A stretch of 59,375 nt of DNA from an uncultured Burkholderiaceae bacterium (GTDB lineage Bacteria > Pseudomonadota > Gammaproteobacteria > Burkholderiales > Burkholderiaceae_C): the NCBI GenBank assembly GCA_964551485.1, contig CAZKDU010000001.1, positions 1 through 59,375 of the forward strand. Direction: 5' to 3'. Below, one piece after another: positions 1 through 9,102 of this stretch. Below the pieces are notes generated by a model. It was not told the origin of the DNA and did no database searches. It saw only the letters and a program-made list of their open reading frames with translations. A program made the position numbers and the translations under genes. Positions within the stretch are counted from its first letter, which is position 1. Every line of letters begins with the position of its first letter.

Positions 1-592
1 GGGGCAGCTGCAGCTCCGTCAGGCGCGCGCTCAGCGACACCGCCGGAGGGTCGCCGGCGCGGCCGGCCGCGTAATTGTTCAGGCCGACGTGGATCTTGCC
101 ATCAAGGAAGGTGCCGGCCGTCAGCACCACTGCGCGGGCACGGAAGCGGATGCCCACCTGGGTCACAGCGCCCACCACCCGGTCACCCTCGACCATCAGG
201 TCGTCCACCGCCTGCTGGAACAGCCAAAGGTTGGGCTGGTTCTCCAGCCGGCGCCGGATCGCCGCCTTGTAGAGCACGCGGTCGGCCTGGGCCCGGGTGG
301 CACGCACCGCTGGCCCCTTGGAGCTGTTCAGGGTGCGGAACTGGATGCCGCCCTCGTCCGTGGCAATGGCCATGGCACCGCCCAGCGCGTCCACCTCCTT
401 GACCAGGTGGCCCTTGCCAATGCCGCCGATGCTGGGGTTGCAGCTCATCTGGCCCAGGGTCTCGATGTTGTGGCTCAGCAGCAGGGTGCGGCTGCCCATG
501 CGCGCCGCGGCCAGCGCGGCCTCGGTGCCGGCATGGCCGCCACCGACCACGATCACGTCGAATTCCTGGGGGTACACATAGGCAGGGGTCAT
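1..592 (-). CDS. mnmG: tRNA uridine 5-carboxymethylaminomethyl modification enzyme MnmG (GidA), N-terminal part. The gene runs off the left edge of the window.
   Basis: Absent from the ORF track because it is open at the window edge. My translation of the reverse strand from the ATG at 592-590 gives [72 protein letters not shown]... This has the FAD-binding GGGHAG motif and the conserved MnmG N-terminus. Confidence 0.9.
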   Translation of the reverse strand, partial: MTPAYVYPQEFDVIVVGGGHAGTEAALAAARMGSRTLLLSHNIETLGQMSCNPSIGGIGKGHLVKEVDALGGAMAIATDEGGIQFRTLNSSKGPAVRATRAQADRVLYKAAIRRRLENQPNLWLFQQAVDDLMVEGDRVVGAVTQVGIRFRARAVVLTAGTFLDGKIHVGLNNYAAGRAGDPPAVSLSARLTELQLP

Positions 593-962
593 GTCGGGCC
601 TCGATCCATCTGGGGGCCGGGCGCCCTGGCGGGTGCGGCGGCCACGGCCCTCGGGCCGCGCGGGGCCGGCCTGTGGCCGGCAAAAGGGCAGCGGTCCACG
701 GCCTGGGCCATCGGCGCCTGGCCACAGGGGCGGTTGCCGTGCTGCGGTTGAACCCCCGATTTTAGCCGCCGGGACCCGTGGGCACAGGCAGCGCTGGGCG
801 CGACTTATTTCTCAAAACCACCCGCCGTGATCGCGGCAAATGGCCCGAAATCGTGACTTTGTTCCGTTTCAACTTCGGCCCGCCCCCCGTCGATACACCG
901 AAGGCAGGGTCTGAACTGGATGAACCCCGCACCGCCCCACCACCCACATTGCGAGGTTCCAC

Positions 963-1550
963 ATGAAAAGCATCAAGACCCTGATCACCGCCGCCGGCAT
1001 CGCTGCCCTGAGCACCCTGGCCCAGGCCGAGCTGATCTACCCGACGCAGCCCATCGTGTCGCAGACCCTGTCACCCGTGAACCAGGCCAGCCTGGCCGCC
1101 GTGGCCGACGGCGTCAGCACCCTGGGTGCGCTGGCCAACGGCGCCGTTGAAAAGAACCCGCTGCTGCCCAGTTCACCGGTCGGCATCATCGCCACCACAG
1201 CCATGAAGGTCGGTCTGACCCGCTGGGCCGACACCCTGCCCGATGAGCAGCGCGCCACCTTCCTGACCAGCTTCCGTTCGTTCTTCGGTGGTGCGGCGGT
1301 CAACAACCTGCTGGTGCTGGCCAGCGCCGCCAACCCGGTGGCCATGCTGGGTGGCATCCTCACCGGTGGCTACCTGTGGCAGGACTCCAAGAAGACGTTT
1401 GAAGCCGAGGCCGTGGCCAAGGCAGAAGCCCGCAAGGCCCAGGCCTTGGCCCAGGCCCAGCCCAACAATGCACCGGCCTCGTCTTTCAACTTTGCCGCGC
1501 GCCAGGTGCCCACCATCATTGCCTCGGCCTCGCCGTTCACGCACCAGTAA
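963..1550 (+). CDS. hypothetical secreted protein
   Basis: ORF track, 195 aa. Signal peptide MKSIKTLITAAGIAALSTLAQA/E. GAGG lies about 7 nt upstream of the ATG. Followed by a hairpin plus T-tract. No family recognised. Confidence 0.6.
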   Translation: MKSIKTLITAAGIAALSTLAQAELIYPTQPIVSQTLSPVNQASLAAVADGVSTLGALANGAVEKNPLLPSSPVGIIATTAMKVGLTRWADTLPDEQRATFLTSFRSFFGGAAVNNLLVLASAANPVAMLGGILTGGYLWQDSKKTFEAEAVAKAEARKAQALAQAQPNNAPASSFNFAARQVPTIIASASPFTHQ

Positions 1551-1578
1551 ATCCACAAGCCTTTTCGCTGTCACACCC

Positions 1579-1609
1579 AACGCCCGGCTGGTTCGGGCGT
1601 TGTCGTTTT
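1579..1609 (+). terminator. rho-independent terminator after the 963..1550 gene
   Basis: Stem AACGCCCG (1579-1586) / CGGGCGTT (1594-1601), loop GCTGGTT, followed by GTCGTTTT. Confidence 0.6.
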
Positions 1610-1675
1610 CAGGACAGCCAGCAGCGGGGCCCGCAGCGTAAGCTGCAGCGGTTTTGTTGCACCGAAAGCCCCGCC

Positions 1676-2443
1676 ATGCACATTCCGTCCTTGCAAGACC
1701 AGGTCAGCGCTGCCGAGTGGCAGGTGCGCTGCGATCTGGCTGCCGCCTACCGGCTGGTCGCGGTCCATGGCTGGAGCGACCTGGTGTTCACCCACATCAG
1801 CGCCCGCCTGCCCGAGTCGGTCAGCGGGCCCGGGCATCAGTTCCTGATCAACCCCTACGGCCTGATGTTCGAGGAGATCACCGCCTCCAGCCTGGTCAAG
1901 GTCGACATGCAGTGCCGCGCCCTGCACGACACCCCGTTCCCCGTGAACCCGGCCGGCTTCGTGATCCACAGCGCCGTGCACGAGGCCCGTGCCGACGCTC
2001 AGTGCGTGCTGCACACCCACACCCGCGCCGGCGTGGCGGTGAGCGCCCAGCAGGGCGGCGTGCTGCCGATCAGCCAGCAGTCCACGTTTGTGCTGGCGTC
2101 GCTGGCCTACCACAACTACGAGGGCGTGGCCTTCCGCCCCGACGAGAAGCCGCGCCTGCAGGCCGACCTGGGCGACAAGACCTACCTGATGCTGCGCAAC
2201 CACGGCCTGCTGACCGTGGGCCGCAGTGTGGCCGAAGCGTTCCTCAACATGTACCTGTTCGAGGCCACCTGCCAGATCCAGGTCATGGCCCAGGCCGGCG
2301 GCCCGCTGGTGCAGGTGCGGCCCGAGATCATTCAGAACATGGGCGAGGTCATGCGCGTGGCCACCGCCGGCCAGGGTGCGGCGCTGGCCTGGCCGGCGCT
2401 GCTGCGCAAGCTCGACCGGCTCGATCCGGGCTACAAGACCTGA
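1676..2443 (+). CDS. class II aldolase/adducin family protein
   Basis: ORF track, 255 aa. Sequence such as ...CDLAAAYRLVAVHGWSDLVFTHISARLP...FVIHSAVHEARADAQCVLHTHT...MLRNHGLLTVG matches the aldolase_II/adducin-head signature, including the metal-binding His cluster. Confidence 0.85.
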   Translation: MHIPSLQDQVSAAEWQVRCDLAAAYRLVAVHGWSDLVFTHISARLPESVSGPGHQFLINPYGLMFEEITASSLVKVDMQCRALHDTPFPVNPAGFVIHSAVHEARADAQCVLHTHTRAGVAVSAQQGGVLPISQQSTFVLASLAYHNYEGVAFRPDEKPRLQADLGDKTYLMLRNHGLLTVGRSVAEAFLNMYLFEATCQIQVMAQAGGPLVQVRPEIIQNMGEVMRVATAGQGAALAWPALLRKLDRLDPGYKT

Positions 2444-2524
2444 GCCCGGAATTGCTATACATTCAATAGCAAACTATTGTTCTGCAGCAAGGGCTTCGGG
2501 CCTGTTTTATCATTGCCACCCGCA

Positions 2525-2547
2525 GGCGGCACCCCAGGTGTGCCGCC
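2525..2547. terminator. GC hairpin between convergent genes (possible bidirectional terminator)
   Basis: GGCGGCAC (2525-2532), loop CCCAGGT, GTGCCGCC (2540-2547). It lies between the stop at 2443 (+) and the stop at 2554 (-). There is no clear U-tract. Confidence 0.4.
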
Positions 2548-2553
2548 CCGTGG

Positions 2554-3078
2554 TCACAGCTTGGGCTTGCGCCCGCTGACCATGCTGACCACCAGGTTCT
2601 CGCGGTGGCGCCAGCTGGCCAGCAGCACCCCGGCCACATGCAGCACCACCAGGCCCTGCAGACCCAGGGCCAGGGCCTCATGCAGGCCCTCCAGGCCTTC
2701 GTGACCAGCCCAGGCGTCCAGCCCCATCATCCAGCCGCTGACACCCAACCCCAAAAGGTTGGCCAACAGGGCGAGCACCATCCAGCCCCCAGCCGGGCTG
2801 TGCCCGAGGTAGCGAGGGGGGTGGCCATGCAGCAAGGCCCGCATGTAGCGCCAGGCCTGCGCCGGTGAGGTCATGAAGTCATCAAAACGCGCGTGCCCCG
2901 GCCCGACCAGGCCCCACAGCACCCGCCACACGGCCATGGCCGCCACCCCGTAGCCCACCCAGCGGTGCGGGGCGTCGCCTTCCTCCAGCCACCAGAGGTC
3001 CAGCGCCACCCCGAGCACCACCAGCCAGTGGGCCAGGCGAATGGCCCAGCCCCAGACCCGGATGCCTGGTGCGGCCAT
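2554..3078 (-). CDS. cytochrome b (b561 / Ni-hydrogenase b-type) family membrane protein
   Basis: ORF track, 174 aa. Four hydrophobic helices with conserved His residues (RLAHWLVVLG..., ...LHVAGVLLASWRHREN). Sits immediately downstream of a PepSY gene, a pairing I recall as common. Confidence 0.75.
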   Translation of the reverse strand: MAAPGIRVWGWAIRLAHWLVVLGVALDLWWLEEGDAPHRWVGYGVAAMAVWRVLWGLVGPGHARFDDFMTSPAQAWRYMRALLHGHPPRYLGHSPAGGWMVLALLANLLGLGVSGWMMGLDAWAGHEGLEGLHEALALGLQGLVVLHVAGVLLASWRHRENLVVSMVSGRKPKL

Positions 3079-3082
3079 GGGG

Positions 3083-3358
3083 TCAGGAACGCGACTTGAC
3101 CACGGCGCCGGTCACCGGGTGGTAGTACACCTCGGCGCGCTGGCCCTTCTTGTCACGGCCGTAGATCTCGTAGCAGTTGCCCTTGGTGACCTTGAAGACC
3201 TCGATCTGGTAACCCTCGTCGGCGATCTTCTTTTTCATGACCTCGGCCGGCATCCACTTGCTCTGCGGCTCGGTGGTGCATTGCGGGCCAGCGTGGGCGG
3301 CCACAGCGGTCAAGCCCATCACGGTCAGGGCCAGGGTGTGTTTGATCAACGTGTTCAT
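3083..3358 (-). CDS. PepSY domain-containing periplasmic protein
   Basis: Signal peptide MNTLIKHTLALTVMGLTAVAAHA, then ...GYQIEVFKVTKGNCYEIYGRDKKGQRAEVYYHPVTGAVVKS (PepSY-like). The ORF-track start at 3394 (AAGGTGG upstream) is an alternative, but the codons between 3394 and 3358 are AT-rich. Confidence 0.7.
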   Translation of the reverse strand: MNTLIKHTLALTVMGLTAVAAHAGPQCTTEPQSKWMPAEVMKKKIADEGYQIEVFKVTKGNCYEIYGRDKKGQRAEVYYHPVTGAVVKSRS

Positions 3359-3433
3359 GTGGAATGCTTTCAAAATATCAACAGGGTTGGCCATGACCGA
3401 CCACCTTGAGTGTGCCAGCCATGGCCAGGCTCA

Positions 3434-3964
3434 TCACAGGCTCAGTGTCTTCAGTGACGAGAGCACGCCCAGGGGGGCGGCCAGCGGCAGCGTGCCCGCC
3501 TGGCTGGAGATCGACACCATGCCCGCATGGTCCATGGCACCGGCCTGTGCGCTCACGCCGGCGTTGTGCACCGAGCCCGTGGCCTGCAGCGTGCCACCGG
3601 ACATTGCGCCCAGCAGGCCGTTGTCCAGCAAACCCGCACCCGTGGGCAAGCCACCGAGCAGCTTGGCCACGGAAGCCACGCCCGACAGGTCGGACAGGCC
3701 GCCCAGCTTGCTGATCGGCAGGTTCTCCGCCAACGGCAGGGCCTTGGTCAGGCCGGACACATCGGGCAGGCCCAGCTTGCCCAGCGACGCACTGTCGGCC
3801 AGAGGCAGCGACCTGGTCAGGGTGCTGGGGTTCAGCACGTCCAGACCGGACAGCTTGGGGGCCGACACGGTCGACGCGCCCGGGATCAGGTTGAAATGCT
3901 GTTGCGAAGCACTGAGCACGCTGTTCAGCAAGGCCGAGGGATTGACGGGAAGAGACTTGGTCAT
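3434..3964 (-). CDS. hypothetical low-complexity Leu/Gly/Ser-rich protein
   Basis: ORF-track 239-aa ORF trimmed to the internal ATG at 3964 (MTKSLPVNPSALL...), which has GGAG upstream. Degenerate L-x-x-L-G-L-P/S-D-L/V-S-G repeats. The upstream 140 bp is strikingly AT-rich. Confidence 0.5.
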   Translation of the reverse strand: MTKSLPVNPSALLNSVLSASQQHFNLIPGASTVSAPKLSGLDVLNPSTLTRSLPLADSASLGKLGLPDVSGLTKALPLAENLPISKLGGLSDLSGVASVAKLLGGLPTGAGLLDNGLLGAMSGGTLQATGSVHNAGVSAQAGAMDHAGMVSISSQAGTLPLAAPLGVLSSLKTLSL

Positions 3965-4105
3965 CGTTTTCACTCCAGGGTTATTGAATGCATCGATTGT
4001 GAAAAACCAAGATGAATCTCCTCTGAAGAATCGATGTGTTTCATAGAAACATCGGTCATTTCTCACCGTCGTTACTTCATTGTTCCGTGCATGAACGCCA
4101 TACAT

Positions 4106-4136
4106 AAAAAAAGACCGCCGATCCCTCGGCGGTCTT
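4106..4136 (-). terminator. rho-independent terminator of the DUF5666 lipoprotein gene
   Basis: On the minus strand: AAGACCGCCGA-GGGA-TCGGCGGTCTT followed by T7 (plus-strand A-run 4106-4112). Confidence 0.6.
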
Positions 4137-4214
4137 GAAACGAGAGGCATCAACCAACGGCCTGGTCACTCGTTCACCAGGCCACACCCCTCGTGCAGCC
4201 ATGCACTGTGGGGC

Positions 4215-5609
4215 TCATCGGCTGGTGCTGCTGGACAACTCCACTTTCGTGGCCTTGAACACACCGGCCGCGTTCTGACTGCCCTTGATTTCCACAAACA
4301 CACCGTTGGCCAAACTGGCCGCAGTGCCACGCTCGAACACGGCCGTGCCGGCATCGACCTTCATGCCATTGAGCTTGAAGTCAGCCACCGACACAAAGTT
4401 GGACACCACACCGTTCTGCTCGAAGTAACCGCCAGACGGCGTGTTGCCCGCCTTGAACTCCAGCTTGGTGGCCTTGAGCACATTGCCCTGCATGTTGCCC
4501 TTGATCTCCACATAACTGCCCGCACCCAATTGGGCCGAGGTACCGCCCTCCAGGCGCGCGGTGCTGGCGTCCACCGTCACACCATTGACCACCATCTGGG
4601 CCAACGACGTGAAGCTGCTCACAGCGCCATACAACTCATTGCGCCCGCCCACCAAGCCGTCGCGGTAGCCCTCAAGCTCCACCTCGCGCGCCACCAGGGT
4701 GCCATTGACCCAACGGCCCTTGACCTCCACCAATTGGCCGGCCGACACGGCAGCGCCCCCCTTGACCGTGGCAGCGCCTGCATCCACCGGGGTGCCCGAC
4801 ACCTTGAATTTGCCAGCCACGGGGGCCGCTTCCACCACGCCCTTGACCTTCACCTGCCCCGCATTGGCTTGGGCGTATGCCGCGGCATCGTCGCTCGGTT
4901 TGACGCTGCTGGCCGTCAGCACGTTGCCCACCGGGCCACTGCCCGACTTCACGCGCACCACCTGGCCTTCGGCCAGCGTTCCGGTCACCGCCGCCGCGGC
5001 GTAGCTCACGTCCAGGCCTCCCACACGGAAGGTCTTGGCCGTGGGGTTGAGCGCAGCCACCTTGCCACGGACCCCGCTGCCAGCAAGCGCCTTCTTCTCG
5101 ATCAAGGTGGCCAGCCAGCTGCCATCGGCCTGGCTCAGGCCATACACCTCGACCGTGTCTCCCACCGCCAGCGCCGCCAGATTGGCTGCGCCCTGGAACA
5201 CCGTGGCGGCGTTGGTGCCCACCTGCTGGCCCAGCAGGGTGAAGCTGCCCGCCGCCGGGTTCAGCGTGGCAATGGCCCCCTGCAGGCCCCGCACCACGGT
5301 GATGCTGCCGGCCGCGCCCAATTGGGTGGCGTCGTCGCTGCTGCCCACCACCTTGACCGTCTGCCCCAGCTTCAGGTCATCCACACGCTGGGAACTGCCA
5401 TCGTCATCGGACAGGCTGGCGCCCACGGTGGAGAAACGCACGCCGTTGACAACCACAGACCCCAAGCCGGAAATCGGCCCGGCGTACAGGGCCGATCCGC
5501 TCGTGCCGCCAGCGCCTGCCGACGGACCTGCGTCGCCGCCACCACCACATGCCGCCAGGCTGGCCACCACCGCCCAGGCCAAAGGCCGGGTCCAAAAAAT
5601 CACCTTCAT
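4215..5609 (-). CDS. lipoprotein with repeated DUF5666-like domains
   Basis: ORF trimmed to MKVIFWTRPLAWAVVASLAACGGGG (lipobox LAAC). Several repeats of the ...VNGV.V......F..G....L..G..VEV.G... module, which I recall as DUF5666. Confidence 0.7.
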   Translation of the reverse strand: MKVIFWTRPLAWAVVASLAACGGGGDAGPSAGAGGTSGSALYAGPISGLGSVVVNGVRFSTVGASLSDDDGSSQRVDDLKLGQTVKVVGSSDDATQLGAAGSITVVRGLQGAIATLNPAAGSFTLLGQQVGTNAATVFQGAANLAALAVGDTVEVYGLSQADGSWLATLIEKKALAGSGVRGKVAALNPTAKTFRVGGLDVSYAAAAVTGTLAEGQVVRVKSGSGPVGNVLTASSVKPSDDAAAYAQANAGQVKVKGVVEAAPVAGKFKVSGTPVDAGAATVKGGAAVSAGQLVEVKGRWVNGTLVAREVELEGYRDGLVGGRNELYGAVSSFTSLAQMVVNGVTVDASTARLEGGTSAQLGAGSYVEIKGNMQGNVLKATKLEFKAGNTPSGGYFEQNGVVSNFVSVADFKLNGMKVDAGTAVFERGTAASLANGVFVEIKGSQNAAGVFKATKVELSSSTSR

Positions 5610-5823
5610 GTTTGACTCCTGTTGCCGTCGCAAAAACACTTCACAATCCAAACACCCGGTCCGGACCGGGGCGGGTTCAACGCCATGGCCATGCTGTGTC
5701 TGGCATGGCCTTGCCGATGGCCGTCGATTCTGAAAACCCGGCCTGAAGCCTGCTTGAAGCGCGTCTTCAGCCGGGCTTCATCAAAAACTTTTCCAATCAA
5801 ACGTTCGACACAGGAGTGATGGC

Positions 5824-6492
5824 ATGCGCGTGTTGTTGGTGGAAGACGATGTGTCGCTGGCCGAAGCGCTGGCCAGCTACCTGCGCGCGCAAACCTTTGT
5901 CGTCGAAACCGCTGCCAGCCTGGCCCAGGCACGTGCCCTGCTGCCGCTGGCCGACTGGGCCGTGGTGCTGCTGGACCTGCACCTGCCCGACGGCGATGGG
6001 CTCAGCCTGCTGCCCGCGCTGCGCCAGCGCATGCCCGAAGCCCCGGTGATCGTGCTCACCGCACGCGATCAGGTCAGCGACCGCATCCGTGGCCTGGACG
6101 CCGGCGCCGACGACTACCTGGTCAAGCCCTTCGATGCCGAAGAATTGCTGGCCCGGCTGCGTGCCGTGCAGCGCCGCCTGGGCAACCCCGGCAGCGCCGT
6201 GCTGACCCTGGGCCCGCTGCAGATCCACCTGGGCCGCTCCATGGTCTTTCTCCAGGGCCAGCCCGTCACACTCACCGCCAAGGAATGGGCGCTGCTGCGG
6301 GTTCTGGCCACGCGCCCTGACCGCATCCATTCGCGTGAGGCCTTGATCAACGCCCTCTATGGCTTTGACGACGAGGTGGGCAGCAACACCCTGGAGGTGT
6401 TCATCAGCAACCTGCGCCGCAAGCTCGGCCGCGACAGCATCCAGACCCTGCGCGGCATGGGGTATCGGCTGACCGGGAGCACCGGCGCATGA
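5824..6492 (+). CDS. OmpR/PhoB-family response regulator
   Basis: MRVLLVEDD..., phospho-acceptor context VLLDLHLPDGDG, C-terminal winged helix (...LRRKLG...IQTLRGMGYRL). 4-nt overlap with the kinase gene. Confidence 0.9.
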   Translation: MRVLLVEDDVSLAEALASYLRAQTFVVETAASLAQARALLPLADWAVVLLDLHLPDGDGLSLLPALRQRMPEAPVIVLTARDQVSDRIRGLDAGADDYLVKPFDAEELLARLRAVQRRLGNPGSAVLTLGPLQIHLGRSMVFLQGQPVTLTAKEWALLRVLATRPDRIHSREALINALYGFDDEVGSNTLEVFISNLRRKLGRDSIQTLRGMGYRLTGSTGA

Positions 6493-7868
6493 AGTCGGCC
6501 CTGCGCAGCCTGGTGGGCCGCCTCACGCGCGACCTGCTGCTCACCGTGGGGGCCATCTGGCTGGCGGCGGCCATGCTGTCCGCCTGGTATGTGCGCGCCG
6601 AAATCACCGAAGGCTTTGACAGCGCCCTGCTGCAGAGCGCCTACAAGCTGCTGGACCTGGTGGACCACGAGCTGGAAGAAAAAGAGCAGCACCCGGAAAT
6701 GGCCATGAACCTGCGCCTGCTCGCCCAGAAAGAGCTGGCCAAGCTGGGGCAGGACGAAAGCTTCTTGATTTTCCAGATCGTTGACCCACAGCACCGAGTG
6801 CTGCGACGCTCGCCTGACGCGCCGAGCAAAGCCCTGGCTTTGCCTCTGAAAAGCGGTTACAGCGAGGTCGACGGCCTGCGGGTGTTCACCCTGAAGCACC
6901 CGCTGGAGCCCATCTTCATCCATGTGGCCGACCCGCTGGAACACCGCCAGCACGCGCTCTGGCAAACCACGCTGCGCCTGCTGCTGCCCCTGCTCGCCGT
7001 GCTGCCCCTGCTGGCTTGGGTGATCGGGCGCGTCACACGCCATGCCCTGCGATCGGTGGGCAGTGTGGCCGCGCAGATCCAGCGCCGCAGTGGCGACGAC
7101 CTTTCCCCGATTGACGGCAGCGGCCTGCCCACCGAGCTGCAATCGATTGCCGACAACACCAACCACCTGCTGCAACGCCTGGCCAGCGCCCTCAACACCG
7201 AGCGGGCCCTGGCCGCCAATGCCGCACACGAACTGCGCACCCCCCTGGCCACCACCCGCTTGCGGCTCCAGGGCGTGCTGGGCCACGACCTGTCCGACAC
7301 CTCGCGCCACGAGCTGCTGCAGGCCCAGGACGCGCTGGAGAGGCTCAGCCGCCGCACCGAGAAGCTGCTTCAGCTCTCACGCGCCGAGTCCGGCGCGGCG
7401 CTGGCCCACAGCGTGGTGAACCTGGGTGCCGTGGCCGCTGCCGTGGCCCAGGATTTCTGGTCCGATCCCAGCCTGCTTGAACGCCTGCGGCTGGAAGTGC
7501 CGGCCGACACCGACGTGCTGGTGCTCGGCGACTTCGACGCGCTGGCGATTGCCGTGCGCAACCTGGTGGAAAACGCGGTCCGTTATGCCCCGGGGGCTCG
7601 CATCGACATCCGGGTGCAGGCCCCGGCCACCCTGTGCGTGCGCGACCAGGGCCCCGGCGTCTCGGCCGATCAGCGCCAGACCCTGACGCACCGGCATGTC
7701 CGCCATGCCCGCAACACCGCAGGCTTTGGGCTCGGCATGTCCATCGTGCACAGCATCGCCGAACGCCACCAGGCGCAGCTGGAACTGTCTTCGCCACCCG
7801 CCGGCTGGCCGACAGGGCTGCAGGCCTGCCTGCGGCTGCGCCCGGCCCCCACCACCACCGAGGCCTGA
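6489..7868 (+). CDS. sensor histidine kinase (QseC/PmrB-like architecture)
   Basis: Two TM segments. H-box AAHELRTPLA. N/G boxes VENAVRYAP, DQGPGV, GFGLGMSIV. Confidence 0.9.
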   Translation: MKSALRSLVGRLTRDLLLTVGAIWLAAAMLSAWYVRAEITEGFDSALLQSAYKLLDLVDHELEEKEQHPEMAMNLRLLAQKELAKLGQDESFLIFQIVDPQHRVLRRSPDAPSKALALPLKSGYSEVDGLRVFTLKHPLEPIFIHVADPLEHRQHALWQTTLRLLLPLLAVLPLLAWVIGRVTRHALRSVGSVAAQIQRRSGDDLSPIDGSGLPTELQSIADNTNHLLQRLASALNTERALAANAAHELRTPLATTRLRLQGVLGHDLSDTSRHELLQAQDALERLSRRTEKLLQLSRAESGAALAHSVVNLGAVAAAVAQDFWSDPSLLERLRLEVPADTDVLVLGDFDALAIAVRNLVENAVRYAPGARIDIRVQAPATLCVRDQGPGVSADQRQTLTHRHVRHARNTAGFGLGMSIVHSIAERHQAQLELSSPPAGWPTGLQACLRLRPAPTTTEA

Positions 7869-7923
7869 TGGCCTCGCCCCACCTCACCCACCGCCCCCGA
7901 CGCCGGGTTTTCTGTTGACGCCC

Positions 7924-9102
7924 ATGCCACACCACGCCTTTGCCCGCTGTCTCATCCTGTCCCTGGCCTGTGGTTTGGCCTGGCCATGGGCCGCATCTGC
8001 CCAACCTCAGCCGATCACCTGGTCCGACGCCCAGGCCCAGGCCGCCGGCCTCGCCACCGAGGTGCTCCACAGCACCGGCGGCGACTCGGGCCTGGTGCTG
8101 CAAGGCACGGTGGTGCTGCCCATGCAGGCCACCGAAGTGGTCAGCACCCCGGTGGCCGGGGTGGTGCAGTCGGTGCTCGTGAACCCGGCCCAGGCCCTGC
8201 GCGCCGGCCAGGCCCTGGCCGTGCTGCAAAGCCCCCAGCTGCTCGAGTGGCAGCGCGACTGGCTGCAGGCCGAGGCCCAGTCCCAGCTGGCCGACGCCAA
8301 GCTGCAGCGTGACGAGCAGCTGTTTGCCGAAGGCGTGATCGCCGAGATGCGGGTGCGCGAATCGCGCACCCAGGCGCGGCTGGCGCGGCTGAGCCTGGAC
8401 GAAAAACGCCTGGCCCTGCGCCTGGCCGGCCATGAACCACGCGCCAACCGCACCGACCTGAGCGCGGGCCTGTCGGTGCCGACCCGGGTGGCCGGGACCG
8501 TCATGGAGCTGCTGGTGGCCCCGGGCCAGCGCCTGGAAGCCGGCGCCCCCCTGGCCAAGCTGGCACGCGACGGGGTGCTGGCCATCGAGCTGCAGGCCTC
8601 GGCCGCCCAGGCCGCCGCCCTGCGCGTGGGCGACCTGCTGCAGCCCGAGGGCTGCCGCACGCCGGCCCGCCTGGTGGCCCTGGCACCGCAGCTCAACAGC
8701 AGCACTCAATCGATCTCCCTGCGCGCCGAGTGGCAGCGCCCGGCCGGTCAGGCCGAGCCCTGCCTGCGGCCCAACCAGTTCGTGCAGGTGCGCCTGCTGC
8801 GCCGGGCCGACCCCGCCGGCGGCCTGACCGTGCCCGCCGCCGCCGTGGTGCGGCAGGCCGGCCAGGCCCATGTGTTCGTGAAGCGCCAGGGCCAGTACCT
8901 GCCCACGCCTGTGACCCTGGGCCCGGCCGGTGGCCAGCGCCTGCCCGTGCTGCAAGGGCTGAAGGCCGGTGACGAGGTGGTGGTGCGTGGCACCGCCGCC
9001 CTCAAGGGCGCGTGGCTGGGCCTGGGCAGCGAAGCCGAGACCGCACCAGTGGCCCCGCCGCCCGCCAGCCAGCCCAAGGCCTCGGCCGCCAAGGGGGCCT
9101 GA
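7924..9102 (+). CDS. efflux RND transporter periplasmic adaptor subunit (CzcB/CusB-like)
   Basis: ORF trimmed to MPHHAFARCLILSLACGLAWPWAASA (signal peptide). Coiled-coil/lipoyl/beta-barrel type sequence. Stop overlaps the RND pump start (ATGA at 9100-9104). Confidence 0.85.
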   Translation: MPHHAFARCLILSLACGLAWPWAASAQPQPITWSDAQAQAAGLATEVLHSTGGDSGLVLQGTVVLPMQATEVVSTPVAGVVQSVLVNPAQALRAGQALAVLQSPQLLEWQRDWLQAEAQSQLADAKLQRDEQLFAEGVIAEMRVRESRTQARLARLSLDEKRLALRLAGHEPRANRTDLSAGLSVPTRVAGTVMELLVAPGQRLEAGAPLAKLARDGVLAIELQASAAQAAALRVGDLLQPEGCRTPARLVALAPQLNSSTQSISLRAEWQRPAGQAEPCLRPNQFVQVRLLRRADPAGGLTVPAAAVVRQAGQAHVFVKRQGQYLPTPVTLGPAGGQRLPVLQGLKAGDEVVVRGTAALKGAWLGLGSEAETAPVAPPPASQPKASAAKGA

